Assembly (NCBI RefSeq): GCF_963921235.1
Contig: NC_086109.1
Coordinates: 6,264,001-6,328,000, forward strand
Origin: Mobula hypostoma
Lineage: Eukaryota
DNA length: 64,000 nt
Reading direction: 5' to 3'
Shown: one piece after another, positions 24,700 through 36,540 of the stretch
How the letters are laid out: every line of letters starts with the position of its first letter
Position numbering within the stretch: the first letter of the stretch is position 1
Notes under the pieces: model-generated
What the model was told of the DNA's origin: nothing
The model's input: only the letters and a program-made list of their open reading frames with translations
The model's database searches: none
Program-made: the position numbers and the translations under genes

Positions 24700-26573
24700 A
24701 AATGTGAGCTGCCTTAATGACTATCGCCCGGTAGCACTCACATCGACAGTGATGAAATACTTTGAGAGGTTGGTCATGACCAGACTGAACTCCTGCCTCA
24801 GCAAGGACCTGGACCCATTTCGCCTCAATAGGTCAATGGCAGATGCAATCTCAATGGCTCTTCACACAGCTTTAGATCACCTGGACAACACAAACACCCA
24901 CATCAGGATGCTGTTCATTGACTATAGCTAAGCATTTAATACCATCATTCCCACAATCCTGACTGAGAAGTTGCAGAACCTGGGCCTCTGTACCTCCCTC
25001 TGCAATTGGATCCTTGACTTCCTAACCGGAAGACCACAATCTGTGCAGATTGATGATAACATATCCTCCTCGCTGACGATCAACACTGATACACCTCAGG
25101 GGTGTGTGCTTAGCCCACTGCTCTACTCTCTGTACACATGACTGTGTGGCTAGGCATAGCTCAAATACTATCTGGAAATTTGCTGACGATACTACCATTG
25201 TTGGAAGAACCTCAGGTGGTGACGAGAGGGTGTACAGGAGTGAGATATGCCAACCAGTGGAATGGTGCCGCAGCAACAAACTGGCACTCAATGTCAGTAA
25301 GACGAAAGAGCTGATTGTGGACTTCAGGAAGGGTAAGACGAAGGAACACATACCAATCCGCAAAGAGGGATCAGAGTACAGAGGAGATTTACTAGAATGT
25401 TACCTGGGTTTCATCTCCTAAGTTACAGAGAAAGGTTGAACAAGTTGGGTCTTTATTCTTTGGAGCGTAGAAGGTTGAGGGGGAACTTGATAGAGGTATT
25501 TAAAATTATGAGGGGGGATAGACAGAGTTGACATGGATAGGCTTTTTCCATTGAGAGTGGGGGAGATTCAAACAAGAGGACATGAGTTGAGAGTTAAAGG
25601 GCAAAAGTTTAGGGGTAACATGAGGGGGAACTTTTTACTCAGAGAGTGGTGGTTGTGTGGAACAAGCTTCCAGCAGAAGTGGTTGAGACAGGTTCGATGT
25701 TGTCATTTAAAGTTAAATTGATAGATATATGGACAGGAAAGGAATGGAGGGTTATGGGCTGAGTGCAGGTCGGTTGGACTAGGTGAGAGTAAGAGTTCAG
25801 CACGGACTAGAAGGGCCGAGATGGCCTGTTTCCGTGCTGTAATTGTTAGATGGTTATATGGTTTTAAGTGGAGAGAGTGAGCAGCTTCAGGTTCCTGGGT
25901 GTCAAGATCTCTGAGGATCTAACCTGGTTCCATCATATTGATGTAGTCATAAAGAAGGCAAGACTGGCTATACTTTATTAGGAGTTTAAAGAGATTTGGC
26001 ATGTCAACAAATACACTCAAAAACTTCAATAGTTGTACCGTGCAGAGCATTCTGACAGGCTGCATCACTGTCTGGTACAGAGGGGCTACTGTACAGGTCT
26101 GAAAGAAGCTGCAGAAGATTGTAAATCCCCATCTTGGGTACTAGCCTACAAAGTACCCAGGACATCTTCAGGGAGCAGTGTCTCAGAAAGGCAGTGTCCG
26201 TTATTAAAGACCTCCAGCACCCAGGGCATGCCCTTTTCTCGCTGTTACCATCAGAGAGGACGTACAGAAGTCTGAAGGCACACACTCAGCGATTCAGGAA
26301 CAGCTTCTTCCCCTCTGCCATCCGATTCCTAAATGGACATTGAATCTTTGGACACTACCTCACTTTTTTTTTAATATACAGTATTTCTGTTTTTGCATGT
26401 TTTTTAATCTATTCAATACATGTAATTGATTTACTTGTTTATTTATTATTATTATTATTTTATTTATTAATTATTATTATTTTTCTCTCTGCTGGATTAT
26501 GTATTGCATTGAACCGCTACTGCAAAGTTAACAAATTTCACGACACATGCCACTGATAATAAACCTGATTCAG
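24700..26573 (+). mobile_element. Rex1/Babar-type LINE (RT region to 3' tail), interrupted by a CR1 3' fragment at ~25374-25865
   Basis: LNDYRPVALTSTVMK, RMLFIDYS, PQGCVL, KFADDTTIVG, LNVSKTKELIVDFRK, HPGHALFSLLPS, RFRNSFFP. The insert is near-identical to the 3' end of the 58.6-60.5 kb CR1. Confidence 0.85.
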
Positions 26574-28217
26574 ATACAAAGAAGAAACAAATAATAAATA
26601 AATAAATACTGCTGAGAACGTGCTGGAATACCCACAATCAATGCAGTTGGTGGGATGGTTTCTTTAGTTCACGTTATGATGTGTTTCTGGTTTCCGGTTG
26701 CTCCTTTTTTATTACTTTTCCACCTATCACCTGCCAGCTTCTTACTTCACCCCGCCTCCCCCCAGCCACCCATCTGTTCTGACCTATCACCATGCAGCTT
26801 CTTACTTCACCCCGCCTCCCCACAGCCACCCATCTGTTCTGACCTATCACCTGCCAGCTTGCACCCCACCTCCCCGTCCAATTTTTATTCTGGCTTCTTC
26901 CCCCTTCCTGCTCAGCCCTGATGAAGGGTCTCGGCCCGTAACGTTGACTAGTTTATTCCTACCCATAGATGCTGAGTTCCTCCAGCACTTTGTGCGTGTG
27001 CTGCTGAAAAGCAGAAGTTGTCTCACAAAACAACTTTCAAAACAAGTTCTGCAAACCCGATTGCTTCATCTTTGATACCGAGCAACCAGGCAACTTCACG
27101 AAAAATGCTTCCATTTCTCCATCGCCTTGGAGCACATTTAATTTCCAAATTTGTGACTGTGACCATGAAATTACTTCCTGCCTGATGTTTAACACTGGGT
27201 GGGGCGGGAGGCCAACAGCGGCTGCAAAGTCCCGAAAAGCTTTGCAGAAGAGTGTTTCATTAGCGTTCGGAGCAGCTGATCTTGCCTCATCGTCACCCCG
27301 CTGGCACCATTTCAATTGGGACAAAGATCAATATCTCACGCCGTGTTAGGGAAGTAATGACAAACATGCTATAATGCACAATGTTCAAGACATGTCTGAG
27401 CTCTTTGTGCTAACTGGTTTGAACAGACCCCACCTTCCCCGTCGCCTGGTCTCACCTGCCCGCTTGTATCCCTCCCGCACACCCCACCTTCTTATTTTGC
27501 ATTCTTTCCCCTTCCTCTCCAGTCCTGATGAAGGGTCTCAGCCTGAATCGTCGACTGTTCATTCCTCTCAGTGGATGTTGCCTGACCTGCTGAGTTCCTC
27601 CAGCACTTCGTGTCTGTTTTACTGCAGTATTTACTTCCGTGTCTGGGTCCCTGCTCTTGAATTTGCCAGCAGGAGAATGGGGCTGAGAGGGTCATGGAAA
27701 GACCACCGGCTACATCATATGACATCATGACGATGAGAATCAGAGTCAGGGTCAGGTTCAATATCACTGGTGTATGTTGTGAAATTTGTTAACTTTACGG
27801 CAGCAGTACAACACGATACATGACAAATAAATACAGAAAAAACTGAGTTACATTAAGTATATGTATGTGTGTCTATTAAATAGTTGTTACAATAAGTAGT
27901 GCAAAGAAAAACAGAAATAAAAAAGTAGTGAGGTAGTGTTCACGGGTTCAATGTCCATTCAGAAATTGGATGGCAGAGGGGAAGAAGCTGTTCCTGAGTC
28001 ACTGACTGTGTGCCTGCAGGCTTCTGTACCTCCTTCCGATGGGAACAGTGTGATGAGGCCTGTTCAGGGTTGTGGGGATCCTTAACGATGGACGCTGTCT
28101 TCTTAAGGCACCGCTCCTTGAGGACGTCTTGGATGCTGTGGTGGCTAGTACCCATGATGGAGCTGACTAATTTTACAAGTTTCTGCAACTTATTTTGACC
28201 TTGTGAAGTAGACCCCC

Positions 28218-28785
28218 AGAGCCGTCTCTATTCCCTGAGGAGACTGAGGTCCTTTAACATCTGCCGGACGATGCTGAGGATGTTCTACGAGTCTGTGGTG
28301 GCCAGTGCGATCATGTTTGCTGTTGTGTGCTGGGGCAGCAGGCTGAGGGTGGCAGCCACCAACAGAATCAACAAACTCATTCGTAAGGCCAGTGATGTTG
28401 TGGGGATGGAACTGGACTCTCTGATGGTGGTGTCTGAAAAGAGGATGCTGTCCAAGTTGCATGCCATCTTGGACAAAGTCTCCCATCCACTACATAATGT
28501 ACTGGGTGGGCACAGGAGTACATTCAGCCAGAGACTCATTCCACCGAGATGCAACACAGAGCGTCATAGGAAGTCATTCCTGCCTGTGGCCATCAAACTT
28601 TACAACTCCTCCCTTGGAGGGTCAGACACCCTGAGCCAATAGGCTGGTCCTGGACTTATTTCCAGGCATAATTTACATATTACTATTTAATTATTTATGG
28701 TTTATTACTATTTAATTATTCATGGTGCAACTGTAACGAAAACCAATTTCCCCCAGGATCAATAAAGTATGACTACTACTACTAT
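28218..28785 (+). mobile_element. Second young Rex1/Babar-like 3' fragment, inserted into an older minus-strand Rex1 remnant (~27745-29010)
   Basis: Same ORF as 20249-20817. The host sequence resumes at acccaacggtgatgcagcc. Confidence 0.85.
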
Positions 28786-29418
28786 ACCCAACGGTGATGC
28801 AGCCAGTCAGAATGCTCTCCACGGTACATTTGTATAAGTATTCGAGTCTCAGTCAACAAACCAAGTTTCCCAAACTCTTAATTAATCACGGCCGCTGTCT
28901 TGCCTTCTTGATGGCTGCATCAATATGTTGGGTCCAGGTTTGGTCCTCAGAGATATTAACACCCAGGAACTTGAAATTACTTACTCTCTCCACTTCTGAT
29001 CCCTCTTTGAGGATTAATCATTTATAAAAAGAGACCCACTAATATTCACAAACACTTCCACATTTTGGCGATGAGTTTCACATAATGCCAAGTACTGGCA
29101 AAGGCCACAGTGGGATTTAAATGAGTTGACTTTGGCCAAACTTTCATTTGAAGGTGATAGGCTATCAGTCTATGAAAATCTTCCACTCTTCACGGCTATT
29201 TTCCTACTTCATCTTCAGGACTGGAGGGTTTGAGTTGCAAGAAAGTGGATAATCTGGGTCTTTTATCCCTGGAGTTAAGAGGCTGAGGGGAGACCTTATA
29301 CAGCTTTACATACAATCACATTGTACAGCAACATTTTTTTAATGTGTTGCTTCCTCAGAAATTTTTCTTGTTTATGATAGACCACTTGAAGCTGAACACA
29401 AATATAATTTCAGACTAC

Positions 29419-29700
29419 AGGAATTCTGCAGATACTGGAAATTCAAGCAACACACATCAAAGTTGCTGGTGAACGCAGCAGGCCAGGCAGCATCTCTAGA
29501 AAGAGGTACAGTCGACGTTTCAGGCCGAGACCCTTCGTCAGGACTAACTGAAGGAAGAGTTAGTAAGTTTTCAAATCTCTTACTAACTCTTCCTTCAGTT
29601 AGTCCTGACGAAGGGTCTCGGCCTGAAACGTCGACTGTACCTCTTCCTAGAGATACTGCCTGGCCTGCTGCGTTCACCAGCAACTTTGATGTGTGTTGCT
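29419..29700. mobile_element. Penelope-like fold-back element: two inverted pLTR-type arms with a 13-16-bp TSD
   Basis: Arms 29446-29567 and 29579-29700 (122 bp, 2 mismatches, 11-nt loop). tataatttcagactac at 29403-29418 and 29700-29715. Confidence 0.8.
29601..29636 (+). ncRNA. Minimal type I hammerhead ribozyme motif (mirror copy on the minus strand at 29510-29545)
   Basis: AGUC-CUGACGA-AGG(GUCUCGG)CCU-GAAA-C-GUC-GACU: conserved core CUGANGA/GAAA, helix II, GUC cleavage triplet, helix I AGUC/GACU, and essentially no helix III. Confidence 0.72.
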
Positions 29701-31794
29701 ATAATTTCAGACTACTTGTATCATGTAGGAATTTGGAGAAACAAGAAATTAACTTTTATTGAGTATAATATGTTTAAGTGCATAACGGTGCTGATATTTT
29801 GCGATAGTTCAATTAAACTAAAAATGTATTGTTGTTGATTTTCATTTGTACTCAGTGTCTGAGGCTTCTCCCTTAAGTGCCCAATAATAATCTGCCAGCA
29901 TTGACGGATTCCAGTTGCCCTGATACCATTTCTCCATGACCACAATGTCCTGGTGAAACCTTTCACTGTGCTCGTCAATGACAGCACCAAGATTTGCAGG
30001 GAATGCAGAAAATGAATCTTTAGTGACATGTTGTACTCCATGACTTTGTATGCTTGAAGCATGTTGTCAACCAGCTGCACGTAGTTTGGTGCTCTGTAGT
30101 TACCAAGAAAATTTTCAACAACATCCTTGAAAGCCTTCCATGCAATTTTCTTCGGTCCCACTAAATGTTCTTTGATTTACCTGTTATTGATGACCTGTTT
30201 GATTTGTGAATCAACAAAAATGCCTTCCTTAATCTGGGCATCAATGATTCTGACTTGAATTATGAATTGAAATAACAAATATAGGTGATTTTTTTAAAAA
30301 ATAGTGTTTGATAGGGAAAGTTTATGGTGAGTTTCATAATCAGCAGCTGAAAATCCATAAGTTATGCCCAAAAGTATTCAAGAAGCAGATTCTTTGCTGT
30401 CCGGTGTCGTCAGGGGCATAGATATGATGAATAGCCATGGTGTCTTTCCCAGGGCAGGAGAGTCTAAAACTAGCATACAGTAGGTTTAAGGAAAGAGGAG
30501 CCTGAGGGACGACTTTTCCAGAGAGAAATATCAGGTAAATAGAATGAACTGCCAGAGGATGTCAGTACAATAGCAACATTACAAACACATTGGTGTAGGT
30601 AATGTAGCTCTGTCTACCAACCTCTCGCTTGAGGCTGCCAGAGGCTGCTGTGACAGTCTCTGTCTCTCTCTTGTTTACTGCCCCCAGAGGAAATTTCCCA
30701 CGTTCGAATAGCCTCTCTCTCCCTCAATGGTACCAAAGTTCTGGGTCTGCAGTTTGTGGATTGGACTATAGTATGTGTTTTCTGGTTTCTTGCCGTTCCT
30801 TTTTCTGTTGCCACTTTGGGTGATGTTGAATTGGGGCAGACTGCAGATAAGAAACACTGAGCTGAACTGAATTATGCTTGGACTCTTTTGATTTTCCATT
30901 TTATATTCTGTGTTTTTTGCTCTTTTTTATTGCCATTTGCATGGATTTTTTTTCCACATGAGGGAGGTTGGTGTTTTTCTTTGAATGGGTTCGATGGTTT
31001 TATTTGTTTTGTGGCTGTCTGTGGAGAAAATGAAGGTCAGGGTTGTATACTGTATACATTCTTTGATAATAAATGTACATTGAATCTTTGAATATGGATG
31101 AAATGGGACTAGCCAATATAGGCACTTTGGTCAGCATAGATGAGGAAGTCCAAACAGCCTGTTATACGGTCCTGTCAGTGAGCTGTGTTGTACATTGATT
31201 CTAACTTCTTCAAATGTTGCACAGAGTTATCCAAAAGTTTGATTAATATTAAACAATGATGATTTATTTTGAAGATCTTTTTACCATATGTACACATTTT
31301 CAGAATATGTTCTGGCCTGGAAGCTGACCGGAAAAGCTGTGGTAACCCAGCTGCACGTTCACAACAGTGAGAGAACTGGCAGGAGGTGCAAGCTGCTTCA
31401 AAACCAGAGATTCGGCAGATGCAGGAAATCCAGAGCAACACACAGACAATGCAGGAGGAACTCAGCGGGCCAGGCAGCATCTGTGGAGAGGAATAAAGAA
31501 TCAACATTTTGGGTCCAGACCCAGGAAGATCCAATCCTGATGACGGGTTTTGACCCAAAGCATCAGCTGTTTATTCCTCTCCATAGATGCTTCCTGACTT
31601 GCTGAGTTCCTCCAGCATTTTGAATGTGTTATATCAAGATAAACCATTGCAGTAACTTCATAGGAACTCTTACATACACGTTTCCAATCTTCCTGCTCTC
31701 TCTTCAGTTGAGATAATTTTTAAAGACTATGACATAGAAATTCATCTCAAGCTAATAATATTCCGTGGCCATCGCCCAAACCCTGCTGTGGTAA

Positions 31795-32706
31795 CAGTAA
31801 AACCCTGATAATTCTGTGGACTTCGCTGGTGCAAGACTGGCAGGTTCTCAGGATCATTTTACTCTCTTAATACCACAATACACTTTTAATTCATTTTCAT
31901 AGATGTCTGTGGTACAATAGATTTACCAGGCAATTATATTAACAGAATGTAAGGAATGCTCCCTGAAAATCTACTGGGACTCCGTGATGAGTTTTGAAGG
32001 ACGTGTAGTGGAGAATATATTGACTGGCTGCGTCACAGCCTGGAGTGGAAGTACCAATGCCCCCGAATGGAAAATCCTACAAAAAGTAGTGGATACGGCC
32101 CAGTCCATCATGGGTAAAGCCCACCCCTCCATTGAGAACTGCTACATGAAACATCACAGGAAATCAGCATCCATCATCAGGGACCCCCACCACCCAGGGC
32201 ATGCTCTCTTCTCGCTGCAGCCATCAGGTAGAAGGTACAAGAGCCACAGGACTCACACCACCAGGTTCAGGAACAATTACTACCCCTCAGCTATCGGGCT
32301 CTTAAACAAAAGGGGATAACTTCACTTGCCCTGTCACAGAAACATTCCCAAAACCAATGGGCTCACTTTCAAGGACTCATCATTTTCTTGATATTTATTG
32401 CTATTTATTTACTGGTATATTTGCATTTGCACGGTCTGTTGGCTTCTGCACTCTGGTTGACGCCCTAGGGCAGTCTTTCATTGATCCTATTATAGTTACT
32501 ATTCTATAGATGTGTTGAGTTTGCCCACAAGAAAAAGAATCTCAGGGTTGTATATGGTGACATATACATCTTTAACATTAAAATTTACTTTGAACTTGGA
32601 ACAAAGTAGCAGTTAGAGGGAGTGTGAACAAGACGAGCAGGGGAGGCAGATGCTCGACCATCACCATCTCTAACACGTCGGTCAGTGGATCACTGGAGTT
32701 TTACTG
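31795..32706. mobile_element. Old Tigger/pogo-type MITE interrupted by a Rex1-type 3' fragment (~32000-32600)
   Basis: Ends cagtaaaaccctgataattc / ggatcactggagttttactg. The insert encodes ILTGCVTAW...HPGHALFSLQPSGRRY. Confidence 0.5.
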
Positions 32707-33262
32707 AACTCGTTTCAGGGTCTTTACCCAGTGGCTATCTTGGGGATTCCGCCAAAGGGCGGCACGATAGCATGACAGTTAGTACGATGCTTTAATGCAC
32801 CAGCGATCACTGATCAGAGTTCAATTCCCGCCACTGTCTGTATGTTCCCCCTGTGACCGTGTAGGTTTACTCCCAATGTTTCAGTGTACATGTGACAAAT
32901 GAAGCTACAAGGGTTCCCAGCCTGGGGTCCATGGTTAATGGTAGCAGCATATGCCACGAGCTGCCAGGGAAAGTGTCAGAAATGAGTAAAATATAAACAT
33001 GTAGTCAGCGCTTCCATGGGAGGTGATGAGGAATACTAGGCATCCAGTGACTGCCACAGGTTGGGCAGGACATCTTGGAAGGTGTCGCTCTGATCTCTTA
33101 CTGCTGGCTTCCCATAAATGTGCAATGTCTTCCCAGGTACTCCAAGGAGGCTAACCGTTCTTAGGAGGTGATGCAGAAGTTTTTTCTAAGGTTTTTTTTT
33201 GGAATAGCCAATCTCTTTAGTACTGGTTCAGATTTATTTATCAGATGTACAAGGAAACATAC

Positions 33263-33653
33263 TGTTGCAAGGACGTGGCAGTGGAACGAACCCAAGTGCT
33301 GAACACGGGCGCGGAGGCCAAGTCGGGAGGCGTTATGGTCATGGCGAGCGTGGAATTGGTGTCCAAGAGAGTCTTTACCAGGAGTCTTGGTTTTAGTAGC
33401 GAATTCAGGAACGATGCTAGACTTAGAACTGATGGTCCTAAGAACCATGGAACGAGGTTACTCATACACGAGTCAACCAACGAACTGGCAGCTCCTTGTT
33501 GTGATCACAGGGTCTTCATCCTGCAGTTCCTGATGGGAAGCAGGTGTGTGTAGTTAGTGGAACCTGGGAATGATTGGAAATCAAATGAGGTGATTGAGGC
33601 CCAATTCTTGTGGTAAATAGCAAGGTGGGGGATTGCCAGAAGGGACCATGACA
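33263..33653. mobile_element. Solo LTR (391 bp) of an LTR retrotransposon
   Basis: TG...CA termini (tgttgc...atgaca) with a perfect 5-bp TSD catac at 33258-33262 and 33654-33658. No internal coding sequence. Probably minus-oriented and Gypsy- or BEL-like (inference). Confidence 0.82.
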
Positions 33654-35914
33654 CATACGGTGAAATGTCTCATTTGCATTTACGCCCAGGACTTGCTGAG
33701 GCAGCCCACAAGGTGCAATATCTGGTCTTTCCGCTGGCTTTCAAACATGGAGTCTCGACCTGACCCCTAATTCCCCCATTGTCCCTAGATTGTCCCTAAT
33801 TGTCCCTAAACTCCAACCAGACCCCTAGCTCCACTGTCCCCAAATCTGTAACCACTCTAACCACTTAGTAAGGTTGAAATCTATCAATGCCCCATTTTGG
33901 TAAAGAATCTGCACAGAATAGCAGATGTAAACTTGTGTTTTAAGGAAGAGTGTTTTTAATTGTTTTTAAAGAACTTGAGCTTTTTTCTTATGCTCCCAGT
34001 TTCTCCTCTGGTTTGCATCCCCTCCTCTTTGGACAGTCAATGATTGTGAGCTCTCGATCACATCCAATCCTTTGATTTTGAGCGGTCAACAACAGGAGCA
34101 GTGCTTCTCCTTCCCATGTCCAGCTCAAGCGTGTGAGGGTAACTTTTGCACTTTAACCACCCTGTGGGTGGAGAGGCACCAATTTACTGCATCACGGGAA
34201 CTGGCCCTGAGACTTGCTGGTGTACAGGGCGATTTCAGAGTGAGTGAGTTTGTGAAGGCAAGGTCTTACAGTTAGACGGTAGACTTTATGCTGGCCCACT
34301 GTTAAATAGCACTAACTGTAAACAGGCACTAAGAGTTCGAAAGGACTTCTTGCTCAAAATTTCAAACTTATTGAAAGAAAAAAATGTCATCAAATACAAT
34401 TCTTTATAATCTTCCAGCTTTCACGTTTCTGTCTTGTGATGAAAAAGGACTTGATGCCATACACACAATTAGCAGCTTGCCAGTCATGGTATCTGCAGTC
34501 TCCACACTACAGGATTTTCAACACTACCTAACACCTACAGTGGTTTTCATTTCTTCCGATAGACATTAATTCACAGCAGCATGCTCAGTGCTGTGTTGCA
34601 GATAGAAATGACTTGTCAGTATGTAGGTTCATCATCATTTATCTCCCCGACATATTTCACAACAGTTAAATACTTAATAACACTGAGCAAATAAATGCTT
34701 TCACTGGCCATTTGTTTCACTGCCATGTAAGTTCCTTTCTCTGGAGGTTCATTTTATGTGGTAGAGGGTAATTATTCTGCTGGTTTAGACTCTTGCTCCT
34801 ATCAGCAAAAAAAAACAGAGTCTATAAAAGACATTAATTGCAAAAAAAGATGTAATGTAACATAAATGCTATGCCCAGACACTGTACTTAACTCTGTAGA
34901 CCACTTCAGTGTTAAGTTAATTTGCAAACCTCCTATGATAGGAACAAGATTCAGTCACAGAAAATGGAGCTTCCTTTTTAAGTAAGATAGAATCAGACTT
35001 TTGCTTTCTAGAACGCTCTATTGATCCACTTCATTCTGTACATAAGTATTTGAAAATAAATCCAACATGCTTTATTGACTAAAACTTCCTAATTTCATAG
35101 AGTTCAAGAAAATTAAATGGGCAGTTCTCATGCTTATCTGACATAACTTACCTAATATTTTATGCTAGGAAACTAATGTATGTAATGAATTGAAAATAAA
35201 ACTTGATTTATTGACAGCTCAGGGAAACCGGCATCAAATTCTCTGTATGTGTCCACATAAGTTGGCGATAATAAAGGATTCTGATTCTGATTTTAAAAAG
35301 TATATAAAATCTACTTCAAAAAAATCTTTTAGAAAATTCTTTATAACCTTAGTTCATAGGATTAGAACACTGCTAATAACATGATTTTTTTTAAGTAAAA
35401 AGATAATGTCAGTTTTTGCATAACTAACGATCTTCCATTGAAATTTTTCGATTGTACAGACAGCAATTGCCGATTTCATTAATTGATCTCTTAAACTGGC
35501 AAAAATCAGACACTCTCCTATCAGTTACTGAATCAATGCAACAGGGTGGGGGGCGGGGAGGGAAGGCACAATATCAGCTGAACCATTCAACTGTCAATTT
35601 GTTCTGTTGTTCAGGGTTTATAAAATAAAGTAGGCAATTTATACATCTGCATTTTCTCTGCCAGTAAAGACAAATGTTTTCATGCTATGATTTTCACAAT
35701 ATGCAGTTACGGTAAGCAAGAAGCACTGGCAGCTGAGGTAATAGATAATACTGAACATCACCATCCTGTCAGCCGAGGATGAATTCCAGAAGCATTCTAC
35801 TTTTGCAGTGACTGTCACGATAATTTATCTTTTTTGTGAGTGTGCAGATACACTGACTCAACATTTATAATTCAACAATAAACTCTCTGCAGTATCTAAC
35901 TGCTCCTTAAGTAG

Positions 35915-36540
35915 AGCGTTGCCGCGCTAGTTGATAGGGTGGTTAAGGTGGTTAGTACGGTGTGTTGGCCTTTATTAGGATTGAGTTGAAGAGCTGCGAG
36001 GTAACGTTGAAGCTTTATAAAACTCTGCTCAAACCACATTTAGAATATTGTGTTCCGTTCTGGTCACGTCATTATAGGAAGGGTGTGGAAGAATTGGAGA
36101 GGATGCAGAGGAGATTTACCAGATTAGACAGCATGTCTTATGAGGAAAGGTCGAGTGAGCTAGGGCCTTTCTCTTTGGAGCAAAGGAAGATGAGAGGTGA
36201 CTTGAAGACATGTATAAGAGGCATAGATCAAGACAGACTTTTTCCCCATGGTGGAAATTGCTAATACAATGGAGCAGAACTTTAAGATGATGGAAGGGAA
36301 CTATAGAGTGGATGTCAGAGGTGAGTTTTCTTACACAGAGAGTGGTGAGCGCACAGAACGTGGCACCAGGAGTGGTGGTAGAGGCAGATACATTAGGGAT
36401 GTTAAGGAGAGTTTTAGACAGGTACATGGATAAAAGGAAAATGGAGGACTCTGGGAGGGAAGAGTTAAACTGATCTTGGAGTGGGTTAAAGACTTGCACA
36501 GCATTGTAGGCCAAAAAGCCTGTACTGTTCTATGTTCTTT
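35915..36540 (+). mobile_element. Decayed CR1 3' fragment. Similar remnants at ~18310-18570, 23210-23665, 37945-38347(-), 48010-48430(-), 61645-61995, 62395-62850(-)
   Basis: KPHLEYCVPFWS, LERMQRRFTR and MRGDL motifs with a CR1-type tail. Confidence 0.8.

Larger units (their letters stand above)
29319..30406 (-). mobile_element. Internally deleted Chapaev3-like (CMC/Transib-related) DNA transposon with a decayed transposase C-terminus
   Basis: The minus strand encodes DAQIKEGIFV..., AWKAFKDVVENFLGNYRAPNY...NMSLKIHFLHS, then after a frameshift FPANLGAVIDEHSERFHQDIVVMEKWYQGNWNPSMLADYYW. Degenerate TIRs cattgtacagcaa / ttgctgtccggtg, with 3-bp flanks tca/tcg. The superfamily label is from recall. 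Confidence 0.7.

Noticed and set aside
29372..29762. Two near-identical ORFs on opposite strands
   Set aside because: A trivial consequence of the inverted repeat. No evidence of protein coding.
33760..33862. Telomere-like ccctaa repeats
   Set aside because: Only a few irregular tgtccctaa-type units, not a (TTAGGG)n array.
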